IMG/VR virus record: IMGVR_UViG_3300028586_000069
Coordinates: 1 to 27,060 of that record
From: a virus
Taxonomy: Duplodnaviria > Caudoviricetes
DNA length: 27,060 nt
Strand: one strand, 5' to 3'
Numbering within the stretch: the stretch's first letter is position 1; each line of letters starts with the position of its first letter. The notes under the pieces are model-generated. The model was not told the origin of the DNA. It did no database searches and worked only from the letters and a program-made list of their open reading frames with translations. The position numbers and the translations under genes were made by a program. Positions 15,912 through 24,146 of this stretch are shown piece by piece.

Positions 15912-17335
15912 TCGTCAGCGGCGGCCGGCGGGGTCTTGACCGGCGGCACGGCGAAAGATGGCGGCTGGATGTCGGCGTCGGCGCGATCCGCGTCAATCCG
16001 CTTCTTTTCTTCTTCCCACGTAATGTCGCCAGAGCGGATGCCGCGGCGCTGCATTTCATCGAAGAACGACTCACTCGACATTTCGCCAGCGATTGTCGCT
16101 TTCAGCAGAACGTCGCCACTCGTCTCAGCCAGATTGGCGGCGCCAAAGTCCTTGTAGACCGACACGTGCCCGCCCTCCTTCTCGCCGACCCATTCGGCCA
16201 TCAACTGCAGCGCGGTATTCAGCGCGTCGTCGAGGTCATGCGCAATCTTCTGCAGCGCTGACAGGTTGCCTTGATTCTCCGAATTCGTCTGCGTGGCGGT
16301 AATCTTGCCAGACCGAATAATCAGCATTTCCGAGCCAGCCTGGCGCATTTGCTCTTCGAGAGCGTCAATCTCCTCACGGCCGATCTTTACTGATTCGGCT
16401 GAGCCTTGAATAATCTTGGCGTCGGCGTTCAGCGGAAGGTTAATCGCATAGTTCGATGCTGCGGTGACTGGTGCGCCCTCTTGATCGGCGCCAATGAAGA
16501 CCAGTAGACGCTTGCGGCAGAACCGCACACTATCGCGCTGATCACTCGACTCGCGCCAATGGTCCTTGTTCTGTTCGGCCAAAGCCAGCATTGGCGGCAC
16601 GGCGCGCATGAAGCCCTTGCGCTTGCCGTAGACCGGCACGAATGGAATCGTCGGAAGCGTAGTGACGCCCTCTTCGTGAAGTTCCCACTTCTCATCGATG
16701 CCACTCGACTTACGCCAGGTTTGCCACAGGCCAGGCTCGAGAACGCGCACCTGCTCGATGCGCTTCGATCCGTACGGACCGTCCGGCACCGATGCACTCT
16801 CCAGTATCCTAAGTTGCGTCATTTCATCGACGCTGCATGCATTATCTGGCAGCCAGCCGAGAATGTTTTCGACGCTCACCTGAACGAAGTAAGGCCGCAC
16901 GCCCGCCGCGATTTCCTCGGCGCGTGTCTTAATGCCCTCAGCCTTCGGGAAGTCCACCAAAATGCCGGCCAGGCCAAACGCAACCGCATCCTGACAAACA
17001 GCAGCTGCAAACGTATGTAGATTGCGGCCCTTCTTGCCGATCACATCGACGCTCTCCATCCATGGCACCATCACCTCGGGCATGTCGTCACCGGGCTTCA
17101 ACGGCTTCGTGAAGGGCTTCCCAGCCATGATTTCAACGGTGCGCTCGAACGCTGGATAGAGCGTCGCGGTATCGAGGCGGTACTGCCAGTCGTCAGCATC
17201 TTCGCGCGGTTGGCGAGGCAAATATGTTTTGCCTGCCGCACGCATGCCATTGGACCCGCCAAGCAATGCCTTGATGAGGGGCGTGTTGGCGTTTAGCGCA
17301 GCCGCCTCATCTGATTGCTTGCGTACATCGCTCAT
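15908..17335 (-). CDS. Portal protein (DUF4055-like)
   Basis: 475 aa after TerL; GG...MR.AG..YLP, RL..A.LYP...RT, G.RPY, IPFVPVYG, PP.L.LA..N..HW..SSD. Confidence 0.9.
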   Translation of the reverse strand: MSDVRKQSDEAAALNANTPLIKALLGGSNGMRAAGKTYLPRQPREDADDWQYRLDTATLYPAFERTVEIMAGKPFTKPLKPGDDMPEVMVPWMESVDVIGKKGRNLHTFAAAVCQDAVAFGLAGILVDFPKAEGIKTRAEEIAAGVRPYFVQVSVENILGWLPDNACSVDEMTQLRILESASVPDGPYGSKRIEQVRVLEPGLWQTWRKSSGIDEKWELHEEGVTTLPTIPFVPVYGKRKGFMRAVPPMLALAEQNKDHWRESSDQRDSVRFCRKRLLVFIGADQEGAPVTAASNYAINLPLNADAKIIQGSAESVKIGREEIDALEEQMRQAGSEMLIIRSGKITATQTNSENQGNLSALQKIAHDLDDALNTALQLMAEWVGEKEGGHVSVYKDFGAANLAETSGDVLLKATIAGEMSSESFFDEMQRRGIRSGDITWEEEKKRIDADRADADIQPPSFAVPPVKTPPAAADE

Positions 17336-17343
17336 AATTTCCT

Positions 17344-18675
17344 TTACATCCGCAGGTTACTGACGACAGCCACACGTTTCACGATCGGCCAGCGCTTGAC
17401 GATGAAATAGCCGCCCGCGTCATTGGCGTGATCGAAGCCGCCTTTTTTGTCCGGCTCGCCCTTGTCGTCGTAAATATGGCGCTCAAGCGCGACCGTGTAT
17501 TTCTGGCACTTGTTCGTGTTGACCAGGAATCGCCGCTCGCCGTACGTGTTGCACAGCATCGCGTTCACACTGTTGATTCGATCCTTGACGCCCGGATTCG
17601 TGGCATCGACTACCACCGTGAAGCCGGCCGCACGAAGAAGCGACAGGTCCGACTCGCTGGCGTTGCTGCTCTTGCGGTTCTGGCCTGATGCGTCTGGATA
17701 GACGGTAATGCTGTGCCCGGCATACCGCTCTTTGATCTTGGTGATCAGCGCCGGCGTATCGAACACATCTACAAATTCGTCCACTGCCCGCGGCAAGTCG
17801 TCTCGGATGACAAACACCACCGCGGCCATTCTGGCGACGTTGAAGTCGACGCCGATATGCAGCGCGTCGGCAGCAACGCCGGGTTTCGCCGGCTGCACTG
17901 TGTCGTCGGTGTGATTCGTTCGCCGGTCAAAGCAGTAGTAGATGACGCCCTGGTAGTTCTCGAAGCTGGCCAGGTACTCTTGCCTGAACGTGCGCGGATC
18001 CATCTTCCGCCGCGCCGCTTCGATCTCTTCGGGTGGCACATTGCCGCCATCGACCGAGGTGTAAAGCCAGCTTTTGTGATCCGGCTCAGCACCTTGGCCG
18101 TCCAGATAGCTGTCGTAGCAGTGGTTGAACCCCTTCGGCGTTCCGATGCGCAGCGCGTGGCCGCCGACCCGCTGCTCGTCGTTGATGACGAACTTGCAGG
18201 TCGAGAGCATCGGCCGCAGCACCTCTTCCCACGCCGCATACACGCAGTCGGCCCACTCGTCGACCAGCGCGAAGAACAGTCCGGATCCGCGCAGGTTGTC
18301 GTAAGCATCCAGACCGACGATGCGGATTACGTGCCCGGCCTTTGTGGTGATCGAGCACTCGGTTTCGTTCGGCTTGCCAGCGCGCCAGCTTGGTGGAATC
18401 GCCTGCTTAAGGCGGCGCCAGAACACACGCTTGGCCTGCTTGAACGTCGGTGCGCAATACCAAATCTCGTCTTCGACGCTGACGCCCCACTCGGCAGCAA
18501 GCCGCGCGGCGCGCCTGATTTCAGCCTTGCCCAGAAACGTCTTGCCAAAGCGCCGGCCGCAGACCGCGTCCCGGAAGCGCGCCTTCTTTTGCCAGCCCCA
18601 TACATAGATGTTTGCCTGCTTCGGCGTGAGAACGACCGGACCTTCAGAGAATCGGGTCGTCTGGGAGGGGCTCAT
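17344..18675 (-). CDS. terL: Terminase large subunit
   Basis: Walker A CGRRFGKT, YCAPTFKQAK, Walker B LVDEWA, IGTPKGFNH, FRQEYLASF; nuclease GVDFN ... DH.NDA.GY. Confidence 0.95.
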   Translation of the reverse strand: MSPSQTTRFSEGPVVLTPKQANIYVWGWQKKARFRDAVCGRRFGKTFLGKAEIRRAARLAAEWGVSVEDEIWYCAPTFKQAKRVFWRRLKQAIPPSWRAGKPNETECSITTKAGHVIRIVGLDAYDNLRGSGLFFALVDEWADCVYAAWEEVLRPMLSTCKFVINDEQRVGGHALRIGTPKGFNHCYDSYLDGQGAEPDHKSWLYTSVDGGNVPPEEIEAARRKMDPRTFRQEYLASFENYQGVIYYCFDRRTNHTDDTVQPAKPGVAADALHIGVDFNVARMAAVVFVIRDDLPRAVDEFVDVFDTPALITKIKERYAGHSITVYPDASGQNRKSSNASESDLSLLRAAGFTVVVDATNPGVKDRINSVNAMLCNTYGERRFLVNTNKCQKYTVALERHIYDDKGEPDKKGGFDHANDAGGYFIVKRWPIVKRVAVVSNLRM

Positions 18676-19120
18676 CTGGCTTCAAGGTATATTCCGGCGC
18701 GGATGGAATGCCGCCGCCGGTGTCGCCAGGCTGTTTCGGCGCGTCCAGGCGGCGATTCACGTAGACGTCGCCCACTTCCTCGGCGGCCAGCTTGATAATC
18801 TGGATCGCCAGCGGGATATTGCCCTTGTCCTCAGCCTTCACGGCCATCCGGTCAAGTGCTCGCAATCGGCCGGCACGAGATGCGATGCCGATGTCAGCAG
18901 TCTCCTCACGGAACCGCTTGCGCGTGTCCTCGAAGAGCGAGCGCCACTTGAGGTTGAGCGACCGGCCAGCGTACTTTGTCGGGTCGTACGTTTCACATTG
19001 CTGGCGGGTAACATCGAGCTTGAATTGCTCCTTGACCGCGGCAACAACCTGCGTGGGCTTGTCGAAGCAAGCGAGGGCCTGCACGATGAAAGCCTTCACT
19101 TCGTCCTTGAGTGCCGCCAT
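18644..19120 (-). CDS. terS: Terminase small subunit (DUF2280-like)
   Basis: MAALKDEVKAFIVQALACFDKPTQV...YDPTK.AG..L..KW..LF..TR..F; directly upstream of and overlapping TerL. Confidence 0.85.
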   Translation of the reverse strand: MAALKDEVKAFIVQALACFDKPTQVVAAVKEQFKLDVTRQQCETYDPTKYAGRSLNLKWRSLFEDTRKRFREETADIGIASRAGRLRALDRMAVKAEDKGNIPLAIQIIKLAAEEVGDVYVNRRLDAPKQPGDTGGGIPSAPEYTLKPDEPLPDDPIL

Positions 19121-19151
19121 GGGTTGCCTTCTCGTCAAGGGCCTGTCAATG

Positions 19152-19796
19152 TCAGGCCGCTCTCAGCAGACACGTTCCGCACGCCCTCGCAATATTCAGT
19201 TTTGCTACCTCCGGCGCCCGTTTGGCGGCCTCGAGAAGCTTGTCCACATCGGCCGATGCTCCGTATCGCCGGACCACCCCGATAAACTCTTCAACGTCAT
19301 GTGCGCGCATCCCGAGCTTCGGCAGGCCGGTGTCTTTGTAGAAGGCTGGCGCGCCGAATTCGTCGTTCAGGTGCCCGATGTGATACAGCTCGTGCTCGAC
19401 CAGGGCGCAGAACTCCGCATCGCTGCACATGCGGCTGTAGGCTGCGTCCAAGGTAATCACGAAGCCCGGCACGCTGCCGAACCAATCACGCATCTGCTGT
19501 TCTTGCCGACCCTTCTGCCATGGCCCGGCGCGGAAGGTAACCTCTTCGCACTGGCCCAGCACTATGCGCCCCTGCTTGGCGAAGCCACCGGAGGCCCAGA
19601 GGAACTGCACATCAGCGAATTCGAGGTGCTCGTGGTCTTCGTTGTGCAGCGTCGCCCCGTCGAAGATGAAGGTGATGCACGCCCACTCACGCACTTCGGG
19701 CGCCGGGGCAAACGCAAGGTAAGGCGACTCAAACAATGCTTCCGGCGGAACTGGCCTGCGAATAGCTGGCAGCGCCTGCTTCCCCTGCTTCGCCAT
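19152..19796 (-). CDS. Putative phage metallopeptidase (HExxH)
   Basis: FCALVEHELYHIG zinc motif plus HDVEEFIGVVRRYG; upstream of TerS. Confidence 0.85.
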   Translation of the reverse strand: MAKQGKQALPAIRRPVPPEALFESPYLAFAPAPEVREWACITFIFDGATLHNEDHEHLEFADVQFLWASGGFAKQGRIVLGQCEEVTFRAGPWQKGRQEQQMRDWFGSVPGFVITLDAAYSRMCSDAEFCALVEHELYHIGHLNDEFGAPAFYKDTGLPKLGMRAHDVEEFIGVVRRYGASADVDKLLEAAKRAPEVAKLNIARACGTCLLRAA

Positions 19797-19799
19797 CTC

Positions 19800-20099
19800 T
19801 CAGCGCGGCAGGCACGCGGTGCGCGCCATGTACTCTGCGTGCGCGTCGTTCGCGCTCTTCCGCATCCAGGCATCGAAGCCCATCGTCTCTACCGTGTGTT
19901 GTGGCTCGACATACTGGGCAGCAGCCTGCCTTACAGCTTCGATCTCCAAATGCACCATGCTAAAAGTAATGGCTGCGCTGACGACCTCGTCAGGCTCGAT
20001 GGGGAAGATCTCGATCTTCGTGATCCATTTAAGCGGCGAGCCATCCTCACCGGTCACCCGGGTCCCGTGCGCCGTGCCGTCGCTGGTAATTTTGATCAT
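19800..20099 (-). CDS. Hypothetical phage protein (99 aa)
   Basis: AAGGAG RBS; ATGA coupling to the upstream ORF. Confidence 0.7.
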   Translation of the reverse strand: MIKITSDGTAHGTRVTGEDGSPLKWITKIEIFPIEPDEVVSAAITFSMVHLEIEAVRQAAAQYVEPQHTVETMGFDAWMRKSANDAHAEYMARTACLPR

Positions 20100-20290
20100 T
20101 GCGGCTCCTTCGGGTGCAGTACCTGCTTCAGCATCACGTCCATCGGCTGGCCAGGCTCACAGCCCAGCGCATGCAAGATCTCGCCGGCGCGCTCGCAGGC
20201 CACCAGGTGGGCGACGAGGCAGGCCAGCATGCTGCCGTCAGGGTTGCGCACTGCACGGACGATTATCTGGCGCCATGCGTATGGGGTCAC
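20096..20290 (-). CDS. Hypothetical phage protein (64 aa)
   Basis: GTGA and ATGA overlaps with both neighbours. Confidence 0.6.
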   Translation of the reverse strand: MTPYAWRQIIVRAVRNPDGSMLACLVAHLVACERAGEILHALGCEPGQPMDVMLKQVLHPKEPQ

Positions 20291-20397
20291 TGCTTGGCTC
20301 GCCCCACAGCGTGCGCGGCGTCCTGACGAATCAGGGCTTGCAGGATCATCAACTGGTAGTGGATGTGCTCCCAGCGCGCGGCGGCTATCTTGTCCAT
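20287..20397 (-). CDS. Small 36-aa ORF, not in the track
   Basis: MDKIAAARWEHIHYQLMILQALIRQDAAHAVGRAKQ*; GAAGG upstream; stop overlaps the next GTG; fills the gap exactly. Confidence 0.5.
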   Translation of the reverse strand: MDKIAAARWEHIHYQLMILQALIRQDAAHAVGRAKQ

Positions 20398-20546
20398 CGA
20401 ACCTTCATCGCGCGCTTGACCCAGACGTTGACGCGTTCCCAGTTGGGCTCACGCCCGGTGATCGCTGCCATGGTGGCCATGCCGTAGACGTATGGCTTCC
20501 ACCACCAAGCCATCGTTATCCGCAGCGTGATAGAGGTTTGGGCCAT
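20385..20546 (-). CDS. Small Trp-rich 53-aa protein
   Basis: MAQTSITLRITMAWWWKPYVYG...EPNWERVNVWVKRAMKVRWTR; GAAGG RBS. The longer track ORF would run through the tRNA. Confidence 0.6.
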   Translation of the reverse strand: MAQTSITLRITMAWWWKPYVYGMATMAAITGREPNWERVNVWVKRAMKVRWTR

Positions 20547-20557
20547 CTCGACCTTCG

Positions 20558-20586
20558 AATAAAAAGCCGCCAGCGCGAGCCGGCGG
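20558..20586 (-). terminator. Intrinsic terminator downstream of the tRNA
   Basis: Minus strand CCGCCGGC-TCGC-GCTGGCGG-C followed by TTTTTATT. Confidence 0.7.
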
Positions 20587-20619
20587 AAGCCCGAGTCTTG
20601 GTAGACAAGGAGGAGACAC

Positions 20620-20696
20620 TGGAGCCGATAGCAAGGGTTCGAACCCGCGACATCCTCCTTACAGGGGAGGCGCTCTGCCAACTGAGCTATACCGGC
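20620..20696 (-). tRNA. tRNA-Thr(UGU), non-canonical (C33, extra base in the T-stem)
   Basis: GCCGGTA/TATCGGC acceptor stem + T-CCA; D-arm GCTC-AGTTGGCA-GAGC; anticodon arm CCTCC-CCTGTAA-GGAGG; T-arm GCGGG-TTCGAAC-CCTTGC; 77 nt. Confidence 0.85.
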
Positions 20697-20749
20697 GAAA
20701 CTGTTGTGGCGGCCGGGAACTCCCAACCCTACGCGACGACACGCGCTTA

Positions 20750-20837
20750 GCCACACGACTGACGGCTGGCCCAGGTGCACGGCGCCCAGCATTCAGGGAA
20801 TAATTCGTCATGCGTGTGGCGCCTCGTTTCGTGAGGC
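20750..20837 (-). ncRNA. Candidate structured RNA upstream of the tRNA
   Basis: GCCACACG-CA-TGACG ... CGTCA-GT-CGTGTGGC long stem enclosing GCTGG...CCAGC; adjacent GCCTC-ACGAAAC-GAGGC hairpin; within a ~300-nt gap with no convincing ORF. Confidence 0.4.
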
Positions 20838-21000
20838 AATCGGCAATCGCGCGGCGGCCGCTCGTTCAATTGCACCCGGCAGGGGTTAATCATCCCGGCG
20901 ACATCCATTCGGTTAATCGGCGGGCGCCATTCTCTTGGAGTATTACGTCGCGGTAGGACCAAGCTCCACCTTTGACGGTCATTAATTCTTCGCTGTCGCT

Positions 21001-21327
21001 CTATCCCGGCCGCGTCAGAAACACCCGCGCCACATACTCGACGAACTCCTGCCCCATCCAGGTGGTGGACAGCAGGCCCAGTAGGCCCAAGGCGAGGACG
21101 ATCAGGATGATGACCACGAACTCGGTCCGCGTCATATCCGGCACGGTGCTGCACCGCGCCTGGTAGTCGACACGGCGGGTACGCGCGCGGCGCTCGTGCT
21201 TCGTCATCGCGTTCAGGGAGTCGATGGCGCGGTCGGCCAGCCACATGATCAGCAGGTAGACGGCGAACAGGGCTGCGATGGCGCACAGCAGCGTGCCCGC
21301 GATGCGGGTCGGCGTCATTTCGAACAT
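21001..21327 (-). CDS. Membrane protein with two predicted TM helices (108 aa)
   Basis: Hydrophobic runs IAGTLLCAIAALFAVYLLIMWLA and FVVIILIVLALGLLGLLST separated by an Arg-rich loop; TGAGG RBS. Confidence 0.7.
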   Translation of the reverse strand: MFEMTPTRIAGTLLCAIAALFAVYLLIMWLADRAIDSLNAMTKHERRARTRRVDYQARCSTVPDMTRTEFVVIILIVLALGLLGLLSTTWMGQEFVEYVARVFLTRPG

Positions 21328-21345
21328 GGGTGGGCCTCAAATGCA

Positions 21346-21371
21346 GAAAAGCCACCTCAAGGGTGGCTTCT
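21346..21371 (-). terminator. tR'-like terminator ending the late leader
   Basis: Minus strand AGAAGCCACC-CTTGA-GGTGGCTTTT followed by CT; first terminator downstream of the Q-like gene. Confidence 0.7.
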
Positions 21372-21518
21372 GGGTTCGTTCCAACAGCTATGGTGTGAAG
21401 TGAACTACGGCAATTTTTTGCGCGAGCGAAGGCAACTCTGGATGGCTTGCCTTGCTATGAGTCGCTGAGTGGCGGTATCGCGTGAGCGAAAAGTACGACC
21501 CCAACGAGAGAGAACTAC

Positions 21519-21550
21519 ATTTTACTGCACTATTGCTGAGAAATGCGCAA
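21519..21550 (-). promoter_or_regulatory. Possible late promoter (pR'-like)
   Basis: TAAAAT -10-like hexamer at 21519-21524; TTGCGC lies 20 nt upstream, which is non-optimal spacing. Mainly a positional inference. Confidence 0.3.
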
Positions 21551-21566
21551 CTAGTCGCGGGAATAT

Positions 21567-21779
21567 TTACTCGCCAAAAATATTGAAGTCTGATGTTACG
21601 CTTCCAACAACGTATTGATCTCGCTCGCCAACTTGAGCAACGCGCACCATGGAGACGTCAATACTGCTCGGCGTTATTCCGGTTGCCTTTCGAAATTCCC
21701 TTACTGCTGTGGCAGCGGCCATCGCGATAGTGTTATCCATTTTTGCTTTTTCTGCACGCACGGTTTCCAGGTCCATCAA
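21567..21779 (-). CDS. Hypothetical 70-aa protein (helix then beta strands; loose GnsA/B-like appearance)
   Basis: TTGA overlap with the Q stop; F.K.TG....SIDV pattern; lower GC. Family guess by eye only. Confidence 0.6.
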   Translation of the reverse strand: MMDLETVRAEKAKMDNTIAMAAATAVREFRKATGITPSSIDVSMVRVAQVGERDQYVVGSVTSDFNIFGE

Positions 21780-22318
21780 TCTCTCCGCAGCAGCAAATTC
21801 GCCGCGCCCGAATGAGTCGCCTCCAGCGACATCAACTCGCTCACCATGTCCAGGACCCTGTGACGCTCGAAGTCACTCATGCCCAGCAGCTTGGCCTCGC
21901 CCGTGCCCGCGCAGGTACCGCATACGCGCCGGTCCCCACCCACCTTGGCGCCGCGGCAGACCGTGCACTTGCCGTCGAGATAATGCGCCAGGCTGGCTTC
22001 GGCCACGCGCTTGTACATCGCCGGCGCCAGGTGCCCGATGGTGGGGATATCGGCCGGCTTGATCCAGCGCCGGGCTTCGCCCTTCTCCGCGACGATGGCG
22101 ATCCACTCACGCAGCAGGCGGGCCAGATTCCCCGCGTTGTCCTCGAACTGGCGGCCCAGGGTGTCGGCGTACTTCACGCGCTTGAGCAGCGAGCCGATGT
22201 CGCGCGCCACATTGTCCGCATGCGCCGACGCCTGCAGCGCTTCCGGCTGGTGATGAAATTGATCATCGCGCAAATCGGCCGACAGCAAGCTGTGAAGGTA
22301 CTTATCTGCAAATCCCAT
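21776..22318 (-). CDS. Late antiterminator Q-like protein with zinc finger
   Basis: CTVCRG...CGTCAGTG zinc finger; GGAGG 9 nt before the ATG at 22318; last large early gene before the late leader and its terminators. Confidence 0.75.
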   Translation of the reverse strand: MGFADKYLHSLLSADLRDDQFHHQPEALQASAHADNVARDIGSLLKRVKYADTLGRQFEDNAGNLARLLREWIAIVAEKGEARRWIKPADIPTIGHLAPAMYKRVAEASLAHYLDGKCTVCRGAKVGGDRRVCGTCAGTGEAKLLGMSDFERHRVLDMVSELMSLEATHSGAANLLLRRD

Positions 22319-22493
22319 GCTTGCCATCCTCCAATAAAAGACCCTCCCACCTTACCACGCGCGTCAAGCGAAAGTGAGTTACCGCACATACCTTTCGGCA
22401 TTTATTTTCGGGTGTTGCTGCTGAGCGTCATCCGGCCGAATTCTGGCGCCGCTGGTAAAGTGGAGCCAGCCCCGTCACCGTCAAAACGCTCCC

Positions 22494-22763
22494 ATGCAGA
22501 AGCCCTATCAACCGCCTCCGTACGTCGAGGCCGAACTCATCGCAGACTTGAAAATCGGCTTCCCGATGATCTTCAGCGCCAAAAACATCATTGACGGCGA
22601 TCGGTTCCACCTCGGTTACAGACTGGAGAGCTGGCTGCTTTCCGCCCGCGTCGTGCTGCACTGGCAGCTGGCCGGGGAAGCTGAGGCGCAGCAGATGGTC
22701 GCCTACAGCTACCAGGCCGATCCGGCGGCGCCCGGTGGATTCCGGTGGGTGTGCGAATGGTAG
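22494..22763 (+). CDS. Counter-oriented hypothetical protein (89 aa)
   Basis: Fills an otherwise empty gap, GC-rich third positions, stop converges on the neighbour's stop; no clear RBS. Confidence 0.5.
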   Translation: MQKPYQPPPYVEAELIADLKIGFPMIFSAKNIIDGDRFHLGYRLESWLLSARVVLHWQLAGEAEAQQMVAYSYQADPAAPGGFRWVCEW

Positions 22764-22779
22764 GCCAACAAAGTCAGTG

Positions 22780-22956
22780 CTACTTGCACAACAGTAGCGC
22801 CTCATCTGCACTGAAGCCCTCGCCAACCAAGGCCAGATACTTGGCGCGCGTGACCTTGGCAAGCAGTTGAGTAAGCTCAATTTCCATCGGCATCTTTTCG
22901 CGCAGGTCTCGCACCAGCTGGGCCATCTTCACGCGGGGTTGATCTTCGTCTTTCAT
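22780..22956 (-). CDS. Small 58-aa phage protein, not in the track
   Basis: MKDEDQPRVKMAQLVRDLREKMPMEIELTQLLAKVTRAKYLALVGEGFSADEALLLCK*; AAAGGG RBS. Confidence 0.75.
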   Translation of the reverse strand: MKDEDQPRVKMAQLVRDLREKMPMEIELTQLLAKVTRAKYLALVGEGFSADEALLLCK

Positions 22957-23001
22957 GCTGCCCTTTCGTGTGCGGCGCTCGTCGGCGCGCCGCTTGGCCG
23001 G

Positions 23002-23367
23002 TCAGTACACGCGGGGCATGTTGTGCTGCATTTGCGCGATAGTCGCCTGGACCATCCCGCCGATAAGGCTTTGCAGGACAACCCCTGCGTTTTGCTCAAT
23101 GATGGCGCGCACTGCTTCGCTTGCTCCCAGTTGGCCGTTCTGCGTCCAAACTGCTCGATACTCGCCCTTTTCAAACTCTGCCTTTATTGCCGCAGAAAAT
23201 TGGGCGCGGATCTCGGTGCGAATCATTTCCGGCAGCTCTTTCGTTTGAAAGTGGGCCACATGCGATTTGACGAGTTCGTCCAGTTCGGCTGCAGGAATGA
23301 GGTCGACGATGGTTTCGCTGATGCGCTCTTTTACTTTTTGCTCAAATGTCGCTGGCAAGTTGCTCAT
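23002..23367 (-). CDS. Hypothetical helical protein (121 aa)
   Basis: MSNLPATFEQKVKERISETIVDLIP...; AAAGGGA RBS before the ATG at 23367. Confidence 0.7.
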   Translation of the reverse strand: MSNLPATFEQKVKERISETIVDLIPAAELDELVKSHVAHFQTKELPEMIRTEIRAQFSAAIKAEFEKGEYRAVWTQNGQLGASEAVRAIIEQNAGVVLQSLIGGMVQATIAQMQHNMPRVY

Positions 23368-23416
23368 ACGGGGAATCCCTTTCAATGTGCTGGCCGGATC
23401 GCGGGCCAGCTGCGCG

Positions 23417-23896
23417 TCATACCGTGTAGACGTGGCCCTCATTAATCCGGTCGTGCACCAGGTTCAGCGCCGTCGTTACTTGGGCGCGTGTGGCAAGCTT
23501 CAATTGCTGATCGTGCAAGTGGAGCGCCGCCGTTATGTCGACAATGGCCGGGCCATCGAGCCGGAAAGTGCCAGTTGTGGCACTTCTGACCTTCGCCCGC
23601 CAGGCCGCCGCCAGTGCGAGATTGAAGTCGTCCTCGTAATCGGCGCCGATGTCCGCTTCGGACAGCGCCATGGCGATATTGAGGGCGCTCACGACGCAGC
23701 ACCAAGCTTCTTCGGTGGCCGCGCCGGTTCGTAGGTTTTCCATGCTCAGCCAGTAAGCGACGCCCAGGTCAGTCAACTGTTCGTCGCGCAGCGGGACGAC
23801 CTCTTCGCCGCGGGCATAGCATCTGGCGAAGACGGTCAGGCCGCCGGCGGCAGCGACCGGGCGCGGGCGGTATTTCTTGTTGCGTTTAGGCTTCAT
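23417..23896 (-). CDS. Hypothetical phage protein (159 aa, basic N-terminus)
   Basis: MKPKRNKKYRPRPV start, AAAGG RBS, helical body. Confidence 0.75.
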   Translation of the reverse strand: MKPKRNKKYRPRPVAAAGGLTVFARCYARGEEVVPLRDEQLTDLGVAYWLSMENLRTGAATEEAWCCVVSALNIAMALSEADIGADYEDDFNLALAAAWRAKVRSATTGTFRLDGPAIVDITAALHLHDQQLKLATRAQVTTALNLVHDRINEGHVYTV

Positions 23897-23928
23897 GCTA
23901 GAGTGCCTTTTTGATAATTGGAGGTCTC

Positions 23929-24141
23929 ATGGCGAATCACTCGTATGAGTACAAAGGGCATTGGATCAGCATCGACGTCGACTGCGGCGCGAAGGGGCTT
24001 TGCACGTGGAGCTACACAATCGATGGCGCGCAGTTCACAGAAAATCGTGACCGCCGCATGACGTCGGAAGGCGCAATGTTGCTTGAGGCGAAGCATTCCG
24101 CCGAGGGTGTTGTGGATAGGATGCCTGCCCCGGAACCGTGA
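23929..24141 (+). CDS. Counter-oriented small protein (70 aa), moron-like
   Basis: GGAGG 4 nt before the ATG, GATAAT upstream; MANHSYEYKGHWISIDVDC...WSYTIDG... Confidence 0.65.
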   Translation: MANHSYEYKGHWISIDVDCGAKGLCTWSYTIDGAQFTENRDRRMTSEGAMLLEAKHSAEGVVDRMPAPEP

Positions 24142-24146
24142 ACCGT

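Noticed and set aside
18792-20750. 652-aa + strand ORF
   Set aside because: Runs antisense across several well-supported genes, a terminator and the tRNA; the translation has no motif.
20704-20750. Possible second, degenerate tRNA ending ...CCGCCA
   Set aside because: No T-loop consensus or cloverleaf could be built.
20385-20792. 135-aa track ORF
   Set aside because: Its 5' part spans the tRNA and terminator; only 20385-20546 was kept.
20747-21355. 202-aa - strand ORF
   Set aside because: Alternative frame of the 2-TM gene running into the structured non-coding region; Arg/Pro-rich off-frame composition.
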